This document shows, piece by piece, positions 35,834 to 47,961 of a DNA stretch of 64,000 nt. The position numbers and the translations under genes are program-made. Each line of letters begins with the position of its first letter. Within the stretch, counting starts at the first letter, position 1. The notes beneath the pieces are model-generated. The model was not told the origin of the DNA and ran no database searches. It was given only the letters and a program-made list of their open reading frames with translations. The stretch is from Camelus ferus (taxonomy: Eukaryota). Where the stretch lies: positions 61,010,001 through 61,074,000 of the forward strand of contig NC_045707.1 of NCBI RefSeq assembly GCF_009834535.1, given 5' to 3'.

Positions 35834-37344
35834 GTGTGTATTTTAGACTATGTAAAAAGAGCTACATCAAAATTTAAATGCAGTTACCCAAGTGTGGTAA
35901 AAAGTTAAGGCCTGTTTGATGAAACTGACACACTAGCTACTGTGCTAATGAGGCACCTAAGGCCTGTTTTAATGTCTTCTCTCATATTGGGCACAGCTCA
36001 CCTCTCAGACTGCTTTGGGTTCTGGCAAGGAGAAGTTCCCAGCAGGCTGAAATTACACATCCCCGGGTGGGGGGCAATTGATGGCCAAAGAAATAGAGTG
36101 AGAAGTTTTCAAAAGGGCCCATGTCTTCTTCCTCCTCACTGATTTTTGTACCAGGCGTCATATTAGTCCCTAGAGATACAGAGATCAATATGGCACAATC
36201 CCTGCCTTCCAGGAGCTCCTGGCCTAGTTTGGATGAGGGGCCTCTGAAACATGATTCAGACAGGGGATTGGACAAATAAAGGCAAGAGGAAGGAGAACAT
36301 CACTATTCCAGTAAAAAAATGATGGTCACCATTTTCACACATTAGAATGTTGATATAATCTATACAGGTGTGATGGCACTTTTCTTAGAAACTGGAGTTG
36401 AACTCCTCCTTTGCAAATAGTGGTTCTCCTCTCCTCCGTGGGTGGGGCTGGGGTCTGGGAGGAGAGAATGAAATTTAGAGAGAGCTTTTTGCTCTGCATA
36501 ATGAAATGGCAGGACTGCTATCTAGTAACTCAAAGGCTGCTGGAGGGAAGCAGGAATGTGGAAGTGGGGAGCAGCCTGTGCCCCAAATTTCCCCAGATAT
36601 GTCAGAGGAAGGAGGACCTTGGAAAGGGTGGGGTGGGTGGACATTTTGCAGCATTTAGAAGTGGAGAAGTGGAGTAATAACTGTGTAACATGCCAGAGGC
36701 ATGTGCTGGTGGTAGTAGGACCACAGAGGAGAGGCTCTGCTCTTTGACGGGGCGAGGGTGGGGGCTGGAGGCATGAAAACTTCACGGAGTACATGTGTGA
36801 GGCTGATCCTAAAATATGAGTAGGAGTTCACCAAGGATCTGAAAAGAAAAGAGCTTTCCAGAAAGAGGGCTCAGACATCGGTGAGTTACAGCTCCACCCC
36901 CCAGTACCTTTCGAGTTTTTGTTTTGTGTGAGATACTGTGTCTGTATAGGACTCCTGCCAAAATACAAGTAAGTTCCCTGGGAGGGTATGATAGTCTTGT
37001 AGCATTCGTTTCAGAGGAATAGTGAGTTTTGTTAAAGGAAGAGAAAAAACCAAAACAAAACAGTGTACCAGCTCTGGGAGGTCATATCCCATTCCTACTT
37101 TACTACAATTTGGGGCTGAAATGGGGGTCCTGAGTATCCAGGAAATATAGGAGAACAGTGCTTGAGAAAGGGATGTGTGTGTTGAGGGAGACAGGGCCCC
37201 CAAAGACTGAAAATAAACATTACCTCCTGAGCTATGCTAGCTTTGACAAAACGGCTTTGCCCTAGTTTAGATGGGAGAGGACTAATAATTTGACTATTTC
37301 GAACCATTACTGTGTTTGAAATGAACCAAATGCAGAACAAACAC

Positions 37345-37545
37345 AGTGACAGTACTAACAAGATGGCTAGTAGTTGTGGAGGACTCATTGTGTACTTTAC
37401 ATGCAATTTCTCATTTCAACCTTTCTGCCATCTGCTAAAATAGATGCTATCATTAACATCTTCAGTTTGGAGGAAGGAACAGAGAGTCAGTGTCAGCAGA
37501 TACTGGACCTCAGTCTGGGCTCTTAACCTCTAGCCATGCTGCCTC
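37345..37545 (-). mobile_element. MIR SINE, degenerate
   Basis: tttacatgcaatttctcatttcaacc...tagatgctatcatt...gaggaaggaacagag...gctcttaacctctagc. Confidence 0.55.
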
Positions 37546-37829
37546 TCTGGAAGATTCAAGCCAAGGTTTGAGCATAATCCTAGGGATTGTGTGAGCACTC
37601 AGTGTCTTCTGTGAGTTTCCTTTCCTGGTATTTTGGGTGAGATAGTTCTTTACTGTGCTGGACTGTCCTGTACAGTAACACCCACAGGTCCTGCTCCCCA
37701 TCTATTCCCTAGTCACTGTGACCATTTACCATGCCTCCCCCCATCCACTGCCCCCTGCTCCACTGGCCAAGAACAATGGCAGCTCACAAGGCAGAACCTG
37801 AGCCAATCAAACCTGGAAATCTGACCATG

Positions 37830-38000
37830 GACAAGAGTTTGGGATTACCTGGTGACTCTGGGCAAATTTTTAAGTTCCCCAAGCCTCAGTTTTCCTCATC
37901 AGGATGATGAGATTGGGTCTCCAGATCTCACAGGATGGTGGTGAGACACCAACAGTGCTTCAAATAATCAAAGTAAAATTTTGTGCAAAGCATAAAGACT
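37830..38000 (+). mobile_element. MIR SINE fragment
   Basis: gtgactctgggcaaatttttaagttccccaagcctcagttttcctcatc. Confidence 0.7.
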
Positions 38001-38164
38001 AATAAGAAAGAGTTGCTGCCCACAAGGAACTCAAAGTATGGCAAGGGGATTGAGGCCCTCAACTGACCCTCATACATGATGAAATGATGTAGAACTTTGC
38101 TCTACTAGTGTGATCTGTGGCCAAGAAAATGAGCATCACTGGGATGTTAAAAATATAGACTCTT

Positions 38165-38724
38165 AGTTACCATATGATCCAGCAATGCCATTGGGCATAT
38201 ATTTGGAAAAAACTCTAGTTCAAAAAGATACATACACCCCGGTATTCATAGAAGCACTATTTATAATAGCCAAGACATGGAAGCAACCTAAATGTCCATC
38301 GACAGATGACTGGATAAAGAAGATGTGATATATATATTGCATACACACACACACAGGCACACACACACAGACACACACACACAGACACACACACACAATG
38401 GAATACTATTCAGCCATAAAAAAGAATAAAATAATGCCATTTGCAGCAACAACAGATGAACCTAGAGATTATCATACTAAGTGAAGTCAAAGACAAATAT
38501 CATATATCATTTATATGTGGAATCTAAAATATGATACAACTGAACTTATTTATAAAACAGAACCAGACTCACAGACATAGAAAACAAACTTATGATTACC
38601 AAAGGGGAAAGTAGAGGGAAGGATAAATTAGGAATTTGGGATTAGCAGATACAAACTACTATATATAAAATAGATAAATACCAAGGTCCTAGTGTATAGC
38701 ACAGGGAGCTATATTCAATATCTT
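38165..38724 (+). mobile_element. Young cetartiodactyl-type L1, ORF2 end and 3'UTR, missing its 3' tip; internal (CA)n at 38341-38397
   Basis: gttaccatatgatccagcaat, atggaagcaacctaaatgtccatcgacagatga, cctagagattatcatactaagtgaag, gtatagcacagggagctatattcaatatc. Confidence 0.93.
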
Positions 38725-38764
38725 ATGTTGTGAGTCCATCCAAAAACTTTCCTCTTTAGCAGTT

Positions 38765-38965
38765 TTATCCTGGCTCATTTCTGGCTAATTGTGTGACCAT
38801 GAACCAATCACTTAACTCTCCAGGCCTCAGTTTCCTCATGTGTGCAATGGTGATAATCATTGTATCTGCATGTAAAGCTGTCACCAGGATTAAATGAATT
38901 ACTCTAAAGTGATTAGAACAGTGCCTGATCCATATGAAACAGTCAGTAAATCTTAGCTATCATCT
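38765..38965 (+). mobile_element. MIR SINE
   Basis: tgtgtgaccatgaaccaatcacttaactctccaggcctcagtttcctcat...ttagaacagtgcctg. Confidence 0.85.
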
Positions 38966-40939
38966 TCATCCTCATCATTCTTCTCTTTATTGTTTCCCTT
39001 AGTTAAAGAGCTATGTGAAAAGTAGGCCTCGTACAGGGCATCACTCACATGTCAAGTCAAGGCTGGCTCTGGCAGTATAGTGTCCTTTACTCTCCAATCC
39101 TTGGCTGTTCCGCTCCTCTGGCTTGATAGGAGCTTGACTTGGCTGGATATGAGGGCACATAGAGAACTATGAGTCCATTTATGCCTGTGAGCAAGAGGAA
39201 AATAGTGTATACATCCTCCTAATAGTCCATCTGTTAGAATTCCCTTGCCATCACCATCCCCCAAACTCTGTCACACATAATCGCTCTCCAGTTTTTGTAC
39301 TTGGACATCCTTTTGAAAGTTTATATCCTTAGCATGAAAAATTTCTTTAAAGGGAACAGATAAACTCAGTGCATCTGCAGATATGTATACCAACCCTGTA
39401 AAATACAGCAGCTGCTCTGAAACTGCCAGTCGGCCTAGTCTCACATTTTCCATCCTGCTAGATTGGGCATTTCACCGTCTCACCTTTTTCATTCCCGCCC
39501 TTTTTTTTTTTTTTTTTTTTTGCTACACGATGTACTATTTCACTATGAGGAGAAAACAGAACACCTGTTGTAAATCTTGGAGGATTTTGTTCTGTGTTTT
39601 CTTGTAAAGCCAAACCAGAAACCCCCACCGGCAAAACCAGCTGTGTCTCATATTTAAACACAAACTATAAAGTGTCAAGGGAAAGAAAAAGTGACTTGGC
39701 CAATGAAAACAGTACACGGGGGGCCCAGAATCTGTTTCCAAGATTTATGAGCTGAAAGCAAGTTACACTTTAATGAATATTAAATGAAACCCATCTTATC
39801 GTGGAAGACAGGCTATATTTTCTGATGGACATTTATGTGGATGCCTCATTTCTGAAACTTGAGCTGTCTCCTCAAAATGACCTGCATGTCAGCACGTGAC
39901 AATAAATCTTCTGAAAACTAGAAACTAGATGATGGCTTGGTACTACGAAAATTATTTTTTTTCTTTTAATGTGTGTCAGATTTTTATCTACAGGGACATG
40001 TTACGAGTGAAGCGTACAGAAAGAAAGCAGGGTCTGATATTTCAACTTACTTTACCGTTGCTTTGAGGGGCTTGTGATTTTGAGAACAAGGCCCGAATTT
40101 GGTGTAGGGAGGCAGACATAGGCAGTGTCTGTCCCCGACGTCTTCAGTCCTTTTTTCTTATGTTCCAGATGCTTCAGTCCTGGCTGCCATGAGGAAATTC
40201 ACTCTTCTTCCCTACCACTCCCACCCCCAAATATCACTGGGAAAAGATGGACTCTTGGTGTGAATATGACCTTTTAGAAGAGTATTTGCATTAAAAATGT
40301 TCTCACTGAGTGTGGAAGGAAAGGCTGGTGCATTTGGGGGTACTTGGGGTACCTAAGGAATTAATAGTGTTGTTGTGGGGGGCACCTGTCTCATCCTATT
40401 CGCTGTGCTCCTAGTGGTGAACAGCACAGAGGCGCCCGGGAAGGAGACTGTAGAGTTAGCTTTTCAGCATTTCTCAATCTCAGTAAACACTAACTTGGAG
40501 CCTACCTGTCTGGACTGGCTGTGTATAGAAGAGACAGATAGAGAAACAATCCCAGAAGTGCGGCAGAGCCGGCCCGACAAGGAAGTGGACTGAAGCATCT
40601 GTTCGAAATGCCTTTCCTCAGGCTGGATGGAACCCGGTCCTGGACAGTGTGGCGGACTGTGTGTGGCCGACTCTTCCGAGCCTCCGCTATGAGAGCTGGA
40701 GTCCGCTGGAGCAGGACTGGAGTTTAGAGGTCTCAGCCTTCTAGGATGGCACTTGCAGAATATAGGCTGATTTTCCTACAACTGTGTAGATGTTCTTCCT
40801 GTTGCTTGTGCAGGGTGATGATTTGATGTAGCAGGCTATCATCTCTAGCTTGTCAGGTAGTAAGTTCTCTTCCAGCTTAGAATATAATATATACTATATT
40901 TCGCTGGGACAACCATTTGGTCTCTAATTTGGGAAGCGA

Positions 40940-41330
40940 CACATTTAGTGGTTAAGAAACAGGATTTGGTGTCAGACAGAAGACAGAAGTCCCTCTAGGC
41001 CATCCTTTGGTTGAGGTACCAATACCCGGCTCTGTTCCTGGCACAGGGTATGTACTCAGTAACTCTACATTGAATGTTGAGGGAATGAATAGATGGATAT
41101 ATGAATGAATGAACCAACCTGTTCGAAATCCCAGAGCTGCTATATTTTAGCTTCGTGGCTCTGGGCAGGCTACCCAAGCTCTCTGAGCCTCAGTGTTCTT
41201 ATTTGCAAAATTAGAAAAAATAATACTTTACCGTTGGAAGAAATGCAATGATCTAATGTATCTATAGTGGGAAGTCACCACAGAGGATGTTTCAGGAGGT
41301 TTAGGTGAGAGAATGTACATGCTTTGGCCT
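40940..41330 (+). mobile_element. MIR SINE with an L2 3' end (about 40981-41115) inserted
   Basis: MIR head tagtggttaagaaacagg...gtcagacaga, then L2 tail cctggcacag...tgaatgaatgaa, then MIR core ctctctgagcctcagtgttc. Confidence 0.7.
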
Positions 41331-41899
41331 TGGCAGAGAAGGCAGAAATGGCTGGGGTGGGGTTTTAGAAAAACTGGGTTAATTTGAAGAGGAGACTGGC
41401 CTTTGGGAAGTCAGGGATGCATCTGGCCTCAAAGTTTCTACCACCCTGTGCCGTGTATGCCTGCCTATATGGAGAAGGGGGCTAGATTTGTGTATGTGTG
41501 TGTGCATGTGTGTGTGTGTTAAAGGCCTGAAAGGCATTGCTTGGTTGGCAATGGAGACAAAGAAAGTCATGGAGGAGGGGCGTTAGTGGGAGAGGGGAGA
41601 GGGTAAGTACTTATTAAGGTAAATTCCTTCTCTTTTTCCACCCTGGCTGGCACCAGTCTCACCTGTGGCCTTACCTATGGGAAGCAACGCTGATATATTA
41701 ACACACCAGGTTCTCTCATTCCAACGTGTACTCATTCTTTCTGGCAGAAAAACGATGATGTTTGCTGTCACGTGATCTTATCCTGCATTTGGAACCTGTT
41801 TTCACAGCCGTTACAGTGACAGAGCACTTGCTTAGAGGGAATATATGAAATGCTCAAGGGGGAGAACCCACAGAGAAAGTTTCCACCACCAATGCATCT

Positions 41900-42095
41900 T
41901 CTCAGCCATGGTAAACCAGGCCTTGGGCTGGGAATTTTACGTGTGTTATATCCAATTTTTACACCCCCTGTCTCCATGGTATGGATGGAAAACTGAGACT
42001 TAGATAGGTTAAGTCACTTGGTTACGAGGTTGTAAAGTCAGGATTCAAACTCGGGTCTTCCCGGATTCCAAACCCGTGCTCTTTCCAGTCCTCTG
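41900..42095 (-). mobile_element. MIR SINE
   Basis: gatggaaaactgagacttagataggttaagtcacttg...caggattcaaactcgggtc. Confidence 0.8.
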
Positions 42096-42264
42096 TGATG
42101 CATGTGAGGATGCAAAGCCTACCTTGCCCCTCACTCTCTGTCTTAGTCTTCTTCACTCTACAGGTATCTTTCCTGACACGGATGGCTAGCTTAGTGATGG
42201 GAATGGATATTGAAGGAAGATAATCCAGGGATGATGACTGTATCTCAGCTCATTCAGAGCAGGG

Positions 42265-42352
42265 AACATGGAGTCCTCATTACGTGCCGGTCACTCTGCT
42301 GAGAGCATCACATCCATGATCTCATTTAATCTTCACGGCAAGCCCATGAGCT
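42265..42352 (-). mobile_element. MIR tail fragment, GC-shifted
   Basis: tacgtgccggtcact...atctcatttaatcttcacggcaagcccatgag. Confidence 0.65.
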
Positions 42353-42684
42353 CAGCACTCTGTGTGCCGTGGGCTGGGATTCGTACAGCGCCTTCCCAGT
42401 GTAGGGCCACGTCTCCCCGGGGTGGGGTCCGCTGCACTGGCTTCCAGGCCGGATGTAGTGGGGAAATTACACCGGGGACTCTGGTTCCTCACTAGGTTTA
42501 CGGCATTCTCCGCCGGACCGCAAACAGCTGCTGTTGGCCCTTTCCTCCCCCAGAAACAAGTGAGTTATGAGTGCAGGCACAGTTCACTGCCAGTCAGAGA
42601 GACCCGTAAGCTGGGTGGGACAGCGGTTTTTGCAGGGGCCACATCCTCCCTATTACCTCCGTCCCTGCCACAGCAGTGAGAATC

Positions 42685-42870
42685 TCAGCTACTATTTGTT
42701 GAGACGTTGCTAAGTGCTGGCCACTGACCTAGTCATTGGACATGCGATTGCTCATTTAATCTCCACAACGACTCCCCGAGGGGGGACATGAGACAGAAAA
42801 GTCAGGGGCACTTGCCCAGTGTCTCACAGGAAGCAGATGGAAGGGCTCTGACTCAAACCCGAGGATGTTT
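42685..42870 (-). mobile_element. MIR SINE
   Basis: agctactatttgttgag...ctcatttaatctccacaac...cacttgcccagtgtctcacag...actcaaaccc. Confidence 0.7.
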
Positions 42871-45027
42871 GTTTTTTTGAGGCCAAATGCCTGAAAAGGA
42901 GGTCTACAGCTGATCCTCTCCACCAGAGTGTAACTTCTGTGAGGAGTACTGTGTTTTCATCACCTTCGGAGCACCCGTGTGGACACAGAAGGGCCTCTGT
43001 AATCCTTACTCAGGAGGACCACAGAAAGGTGGTTGTTCCAGGTGACCGGCGATGGTGCGCAACACAGTGAACGTGCTGGGTGCTTTTAGCCAGCTTGGGC
43101 TGAGGCCAGGGTTATTTTCCTGTTCTACAGCTGACCTCCACGTGCTCCCTTTGGCCAGTTGGCTTCAGTTGTGAGGGGCTGTTTCCCACTCACCTCTCCT
43201 GGCAGCTTTTACTGCTGTAGCACCCTGCTCAGATTTTTCTATTTCACTGAGCCTCCCTGCTCCGACCTCTCTCGTGTCAATCAGGTTTAACTTCCACCGA
43301 GGGCCTCAATTTCCAGTCACAGTTCCATCCTGGCTGCTTTCTGAGCTGTGGAGATCTGACCTGGGCGGAGGAGGCGTTAGGTTCTCAGAGAAGGCCGGGG
43401 CTCGAAGCTGCGGATTCATTTTGGGGCCCCGCTTTCTCCCCTGGGTGCTCTTATCAGTTGAATGCAGTTCATGAGAGAGACTCTGGGCTGGGTCTTTGGA
43501 GCTTCCTGTCGGCAGGCTGCTGCGGCGGGGCTGGCAGGTACCAGGTGTGGCCAGCAATCCTACCTGCCTCAGAGACCAGTGCCTTTTGAAGTTCCGCAAG
43601 AATGTCACACTTCAAAGAACTCTCCCTGCAGCTGTCACCTGGCTATCTAGTGGGGGTCAGAGAGTTAATATGCAACCAGAAAACCCAGTCCTCCCGCCTC
43701 CCACCTCCACCTGGGAAGCCAAAGCACATATTCCTCCGGTGCAGAGGATTTGAAAGCATTGTTCCCGATTTATCTCAGCATTGTTCCTGATTTATCTCAG
43801 CAAGAGCTCAGTGCCCTGTGTCTTTAGATAAAGATCCATTGTAAACTATCTGTCCAACAATAAAATAAGTAAATGAGCTGCATTTTTCCTTTCTGAATAG
43901 GAATTATGTAGTAATGAAGTATTTGCAATTACTGTTAGCAGGAGTTTAATTACAGGACTAATTTGTGAAAAAAAAATTTGTGAGGCTTCGTGTAAACGTG
44001 GCACCTTTTATCTGAGGATCACAATGCATTGTACACAAATTAATGAACTCTCCTGTGCTCGGCATACACTCAATTACTGTTTTAAAAGCTCCCTGAGTTT
44101 GCTGCACTCTGGGGCTGGGGTAGGGAGCCAAAGTTTATTTATAAATTGCAACAAGATTGATATAGATTAGATCTAAAGATGGACTTCCTGGTTGTGATGT
44201 TGTTAAATGACAACCTGAGTTACTGTGTCAGTTTTTAAAGACTTGTGTGATGATATCTTCCTGCCACTTTGACGGAGCGCTTTTCATCGTCAAACCAAAT
44301 CATGCTCTTGCAGTGGAACAAGATGAGTCTCTGACTTAAACACAAGTGGTGAAGTCCTAAAAGAAAGAAACAGGGAATTGGAGTGTGTGACCTAGGAAAA
44401 CCCAAATTCTGGGCAACTCTCCTTTTGGACTCTGAGCTCTGCAAAGAGCAGGGTGGCAAGAAGATATTGATGTCTCAGTTAACATCATAAAGAGCAAGAT
44501 TTTCAAGGAGTAGCCTTTGATGCTGTTTCTATTTTCAAGTTCAGACTTCAGCTCCCTTTTCCTCCACTTTCACCTATGCATTCCGATAAAGGTTATAGGC
44601 TCCATGTCTTTAAAAAATAGGAGAGACAGATAGCTGCACATATGTGTTTAGGGTGGGGTTTTATTTCAGAGTTCTGTTTAGTGCTGACCAACCGACCAGC
44701 CCCAATGTCCTAATATCCCTTCTGCGGTTAGTTTATATGGGCTTCATGTTTATTCCACCTACTTCTCCTTGGGCAAGGAGAGAAAAAATTTTGCAACACA
44801 ACAGGTTTTTGCAAATAGTCCACGATGACTAGGATGGTGGAAACTTACTCACCTTTTATTCTCCTTTCCCTGACCTTCTTTCTCTCCCAATGTTTCATAG
44901 CTTATTAGAACCACCAAAAGTTTCTGTAGCTTTGGTGTTAAACTTTGCAATTAGTTTTCTTCCACCCTTAGGGGTCAGTGTCCCCAGGCTCACATCCAGC
45001 TGCAGCAGAGTGAGCGGAAGGCCAGGG

Positions 45028-45265
45028 GAGTTAAAAATAAGGGTTTCTAGAACTGGGCTGCCTAGTTCAAAATCTGGCTCTGCCAGGTACTAGCCATCGG
45101 AACTCGTGCAGGTTTCTTAATCTCTCTGCCTCTGTTTTCTCATCTGTCAAATGAGGACAGTAATACCTGCTACCTTATTAAAAAGTCGTGAGGGTTTACA
45201 TGTAAAACACTTCATAAGCACATAGTAAACACTGAAGAATGCTCTGATAATAATAATAATTGTTA
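45028..45265 (+). mobile_element. MIR SINE
   Basis: gttcaaatctggctctgcc...ttttctcatctgtcaaatgaggacagtaatacc...gcacatagtaaacact. Confidence 0.85.
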
Positions 45266-45363
45266 CCGCTTATTAATTGGACTCCCAAAAAATAAGGGTG
45301 AGTCTTCTAGGGGAGGAGTCGGGCCTTTATCTCTTCCCAGGTCCAGAACATCTTTAATTATTA

Positions 45364-45533
45364 CAGTGTTTCTCCAAGAGTGGGTTGGACCTTATTAATG
45401 GTTTATGAAATCAACTTAACTGGGTCTCAACTAGGCTAAGAAAAAAGGAAAAATGGCATTACACGTGGCAGTATTAAGGGTAGTATTGTTTTCCAAAACT
45501 TTCGTTTCTATTATTCATGTATATGTTATATAT

Positions 45534-45565
<32 letters not shown>

Positions 45566-45695
45566 CACTTTAGATTTGCATATTAACACATATATCTAGA
45601 GAAGTTATTCGGAATCACGATGTAAAATATCTTATTTCAACTGCAGCCAAAGACATGAAAAATATGAGACTAAAATTACAAATTGAAAAGCGTTG
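45364..45695. mobile_element. hAT-Charlie-type MITE (family not named with confidence), containing (TG)n at 45534-45560
   Basis: cagtgtttctcca start, tgaaatcaacttaactgggtc, taagggtagtattgtttt, tcacgatgtaaaata, ttgaaaagcgttg end. Confidence 0.65.
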
Positions 45696-45769
45696 CTTGT
45701 TACAATCCTGTGACTTCTCTACATCATGGATTATATACTGAGCTCTTTCAAATATGTATGGTTTTTAAG

Positions 45770-46445
45770 AATTTGATTAGGAAAGTCATAAATTCAGCCA
45801 ATGAGGGAAGAAAGAAATCTTTTAAATGACTTACAGGGCAAAGAGGACAAAAATGATTAGGTGTCAATAATATGTGAATTATAAAAGCTCATTCTTTGCA
45901 AAGTAGATACACACAAAAGATTAACATCCTCACTGTATAAAGAACATGTACAAAGCTCGTGAACAGTTAATTCATAAAATAGGTGACAAGTGAGTAGCAA
46001 ACATACTTACAAAAATATCTTCAGCCTCATTTATAATAGAGGAATGTAAAGGAAAACAGTGAAATTATTTTTTCACATATCAAATTAACAATTTTGTTTT
46101 GTGGTAAGACCCAATGTAGAGAAAGTTACAGGGAATGAAATACCTACATGCAAGACTAGTGAGAATAAAGGTTGGTACCGCTTCTCTGAGGGAGCTGTCA
46201 GGTAACTGGTTGCAAAAGTCATAAATATATATGTGTGTTTTGAATTGACAATTCTACTTGAAAGAATTTATCCTAAGGTTGTACTAAAGCAAGTGAGTGA
46301 ACATCTAGCAGCCAGACATTCATTACAGGAATGTTGAAGTAAAAAATTGGAAGTTGTTTTTTTCAAAAATAGACATTGATAAAATAAACTTTGGTGTCCT
46401 AATACAATAGAATAAGAGGTAGTCATTAAAAATGATGCCGTGGGT
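45770..46445 (+). mobile_element. L1ME-like ORF2 3' remnant, very degenerate
   Basis: cagcctcattta...aaaacagtgaaattatttt, acaattctacttgaaagaatttatcctaag. Confidence 0.7.
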
Positions 46446-47129
46446 ACTTCCTAGTACAATTCCCTTTTGCGTAGGCCTGGTTTCCACAAGCAAGTCCCAC
46501 CTGGAAAGGAGGCTTTTTTTCTTTGGGCACCAGACTTCTCTTAGATTGTTTAAAGAGTCAGACCTTAAGTTTGCAACTTTTCCAAAGCGCAACAGATTGA
46601 AATTAGGCATTAAGTGCTAAGTTGAAGAATAAGAATGTGACTGGCTTTTAGTAACATATAATGTGGAAGAAATTGCAGGTTACTTACACATGGGCCCAGT
46701 AGCCCACGCCTGCCATGCTATTGTCCCTACCAACCCTGACCACACCCAGGTAAGCTTTGGCCTCCCTCCCAGGTAAAACCTGATGCAAAGGTCAAGCATT
46801 CCAGACTGTGTGTTGTTGTTACACCCACTGATGGAGTTAAGGTTCCTCCTCTGCCTGGGCCAGGTAGACTGAGTACTATGAACCAGGGCCTGGAGGTACT
46901 TGCGGCCATCAGGATGCTGCCCACCTGCCTCCCTGCAGGCAACTGGGAACAGTGGGAGTGGTAACACCTGTTCTCTCCTTTACTAGTGACCCAGGAGTAG
47001 GGATGGCTTTGGACTCCATTTGCTCTTCCTCTTTCTCTTCCTCACACCTACTGAGTCTAGCTCGCTGGTTAGAATTTTTAAAAATGCTTTTACTCCTGCT
47101 TTTGAATTCAAGAAATTAGCCTTTAATCA

Positions 47130-47400
47130 GACTGCAATATGGAAATGTAGCTAACGATATGACAAGTGAAAAAAGCAGCCATGACACTATATTAAGTACA
47201 TTTTAGTGTTATTTTGGGAAAAATAGTATGTACATATGGATTCATACACATTGAGAATAGACTGAAAAGAATAATATATACCCCATAACATTGACAGTAT
47301 TTTATTTTTCTGATTGGGAGAATTCAAGTGATTTCTCCCTTCAGTTTATCTCCATTTTTATAATTTTTCTTTAATAAGCATATATTAGTTTCATAAGGAA
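47130..47400 (+). mobile_element. L1ME-like 3'UTR
   Basis: aagtgaaaaaagcag...gactgaaaagaata...attgacagt...gggagaattcaagtgattt. Confidence 0.6.
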
Positions 47401-47409
47401 GACAAAACT

Positions 47410-47520
47410 TTTTGTCACTGCTGTTGTCTTGTTTCCTGCTGCGCAGGTCCTAGAATGATATCTAGTGTGCAGTAGTCTGTCATAAATATCTGTTGGATAA
47501 ATGAATGAATAAATGTTGAA
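47410..47520 (+). mobile_element. L2 3' end
   Basis: cctagaatgatatctagtgtgcagtag...taaatatctgttggataaatgaatgaat. Confidence 0.7.
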
Positions 47521-47918
47521 GGTCACTGCTTCCATTGGGAAGAGAAGGCAGTAAAGAAAACTTTTAATTCACTGTTCCCGTCAAATTCTTCCAATATCCT
47601 TGGCTTGTTAGGGACACAGTTTAAAATTTTGTTAGCATATGTTAAGAAACATAGTTCATGTCTTTTTCAAAATCACCTGTGGCTTTGGGCCCCTTTGTGT
47701 GCTCTCTTTCCTCCAGTACAGATGGTTTCTTTCAACCTACTCATCCAAGAGGGCTGACTGCACCCCAGCTAATCTAGTCAGCCTTCTCCTGGGGGTTAAG
47801 GGCCATGCATGTGACCAAGAACTTGGTCCTTGGTGTTCAATCCAAGTCTGGCCAGAAGAGAGAAAAACAATCTCTCCTTGTACCATCGCTATCTACGTAT
47901 TCAGCATCCTTAGATACT

Positions 47919-47961
47919 GGGGGGATGGGGGGATGGGGGTGGGGGGTGGGGGGGAGATGGG
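47919..47961 (+). repeat. G-run cluster, potential G-quadruplex
   Basis: Five runs of 5-7 G separated by 1-2 nt loops, followed by agatggg. Confidence 0.75.
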
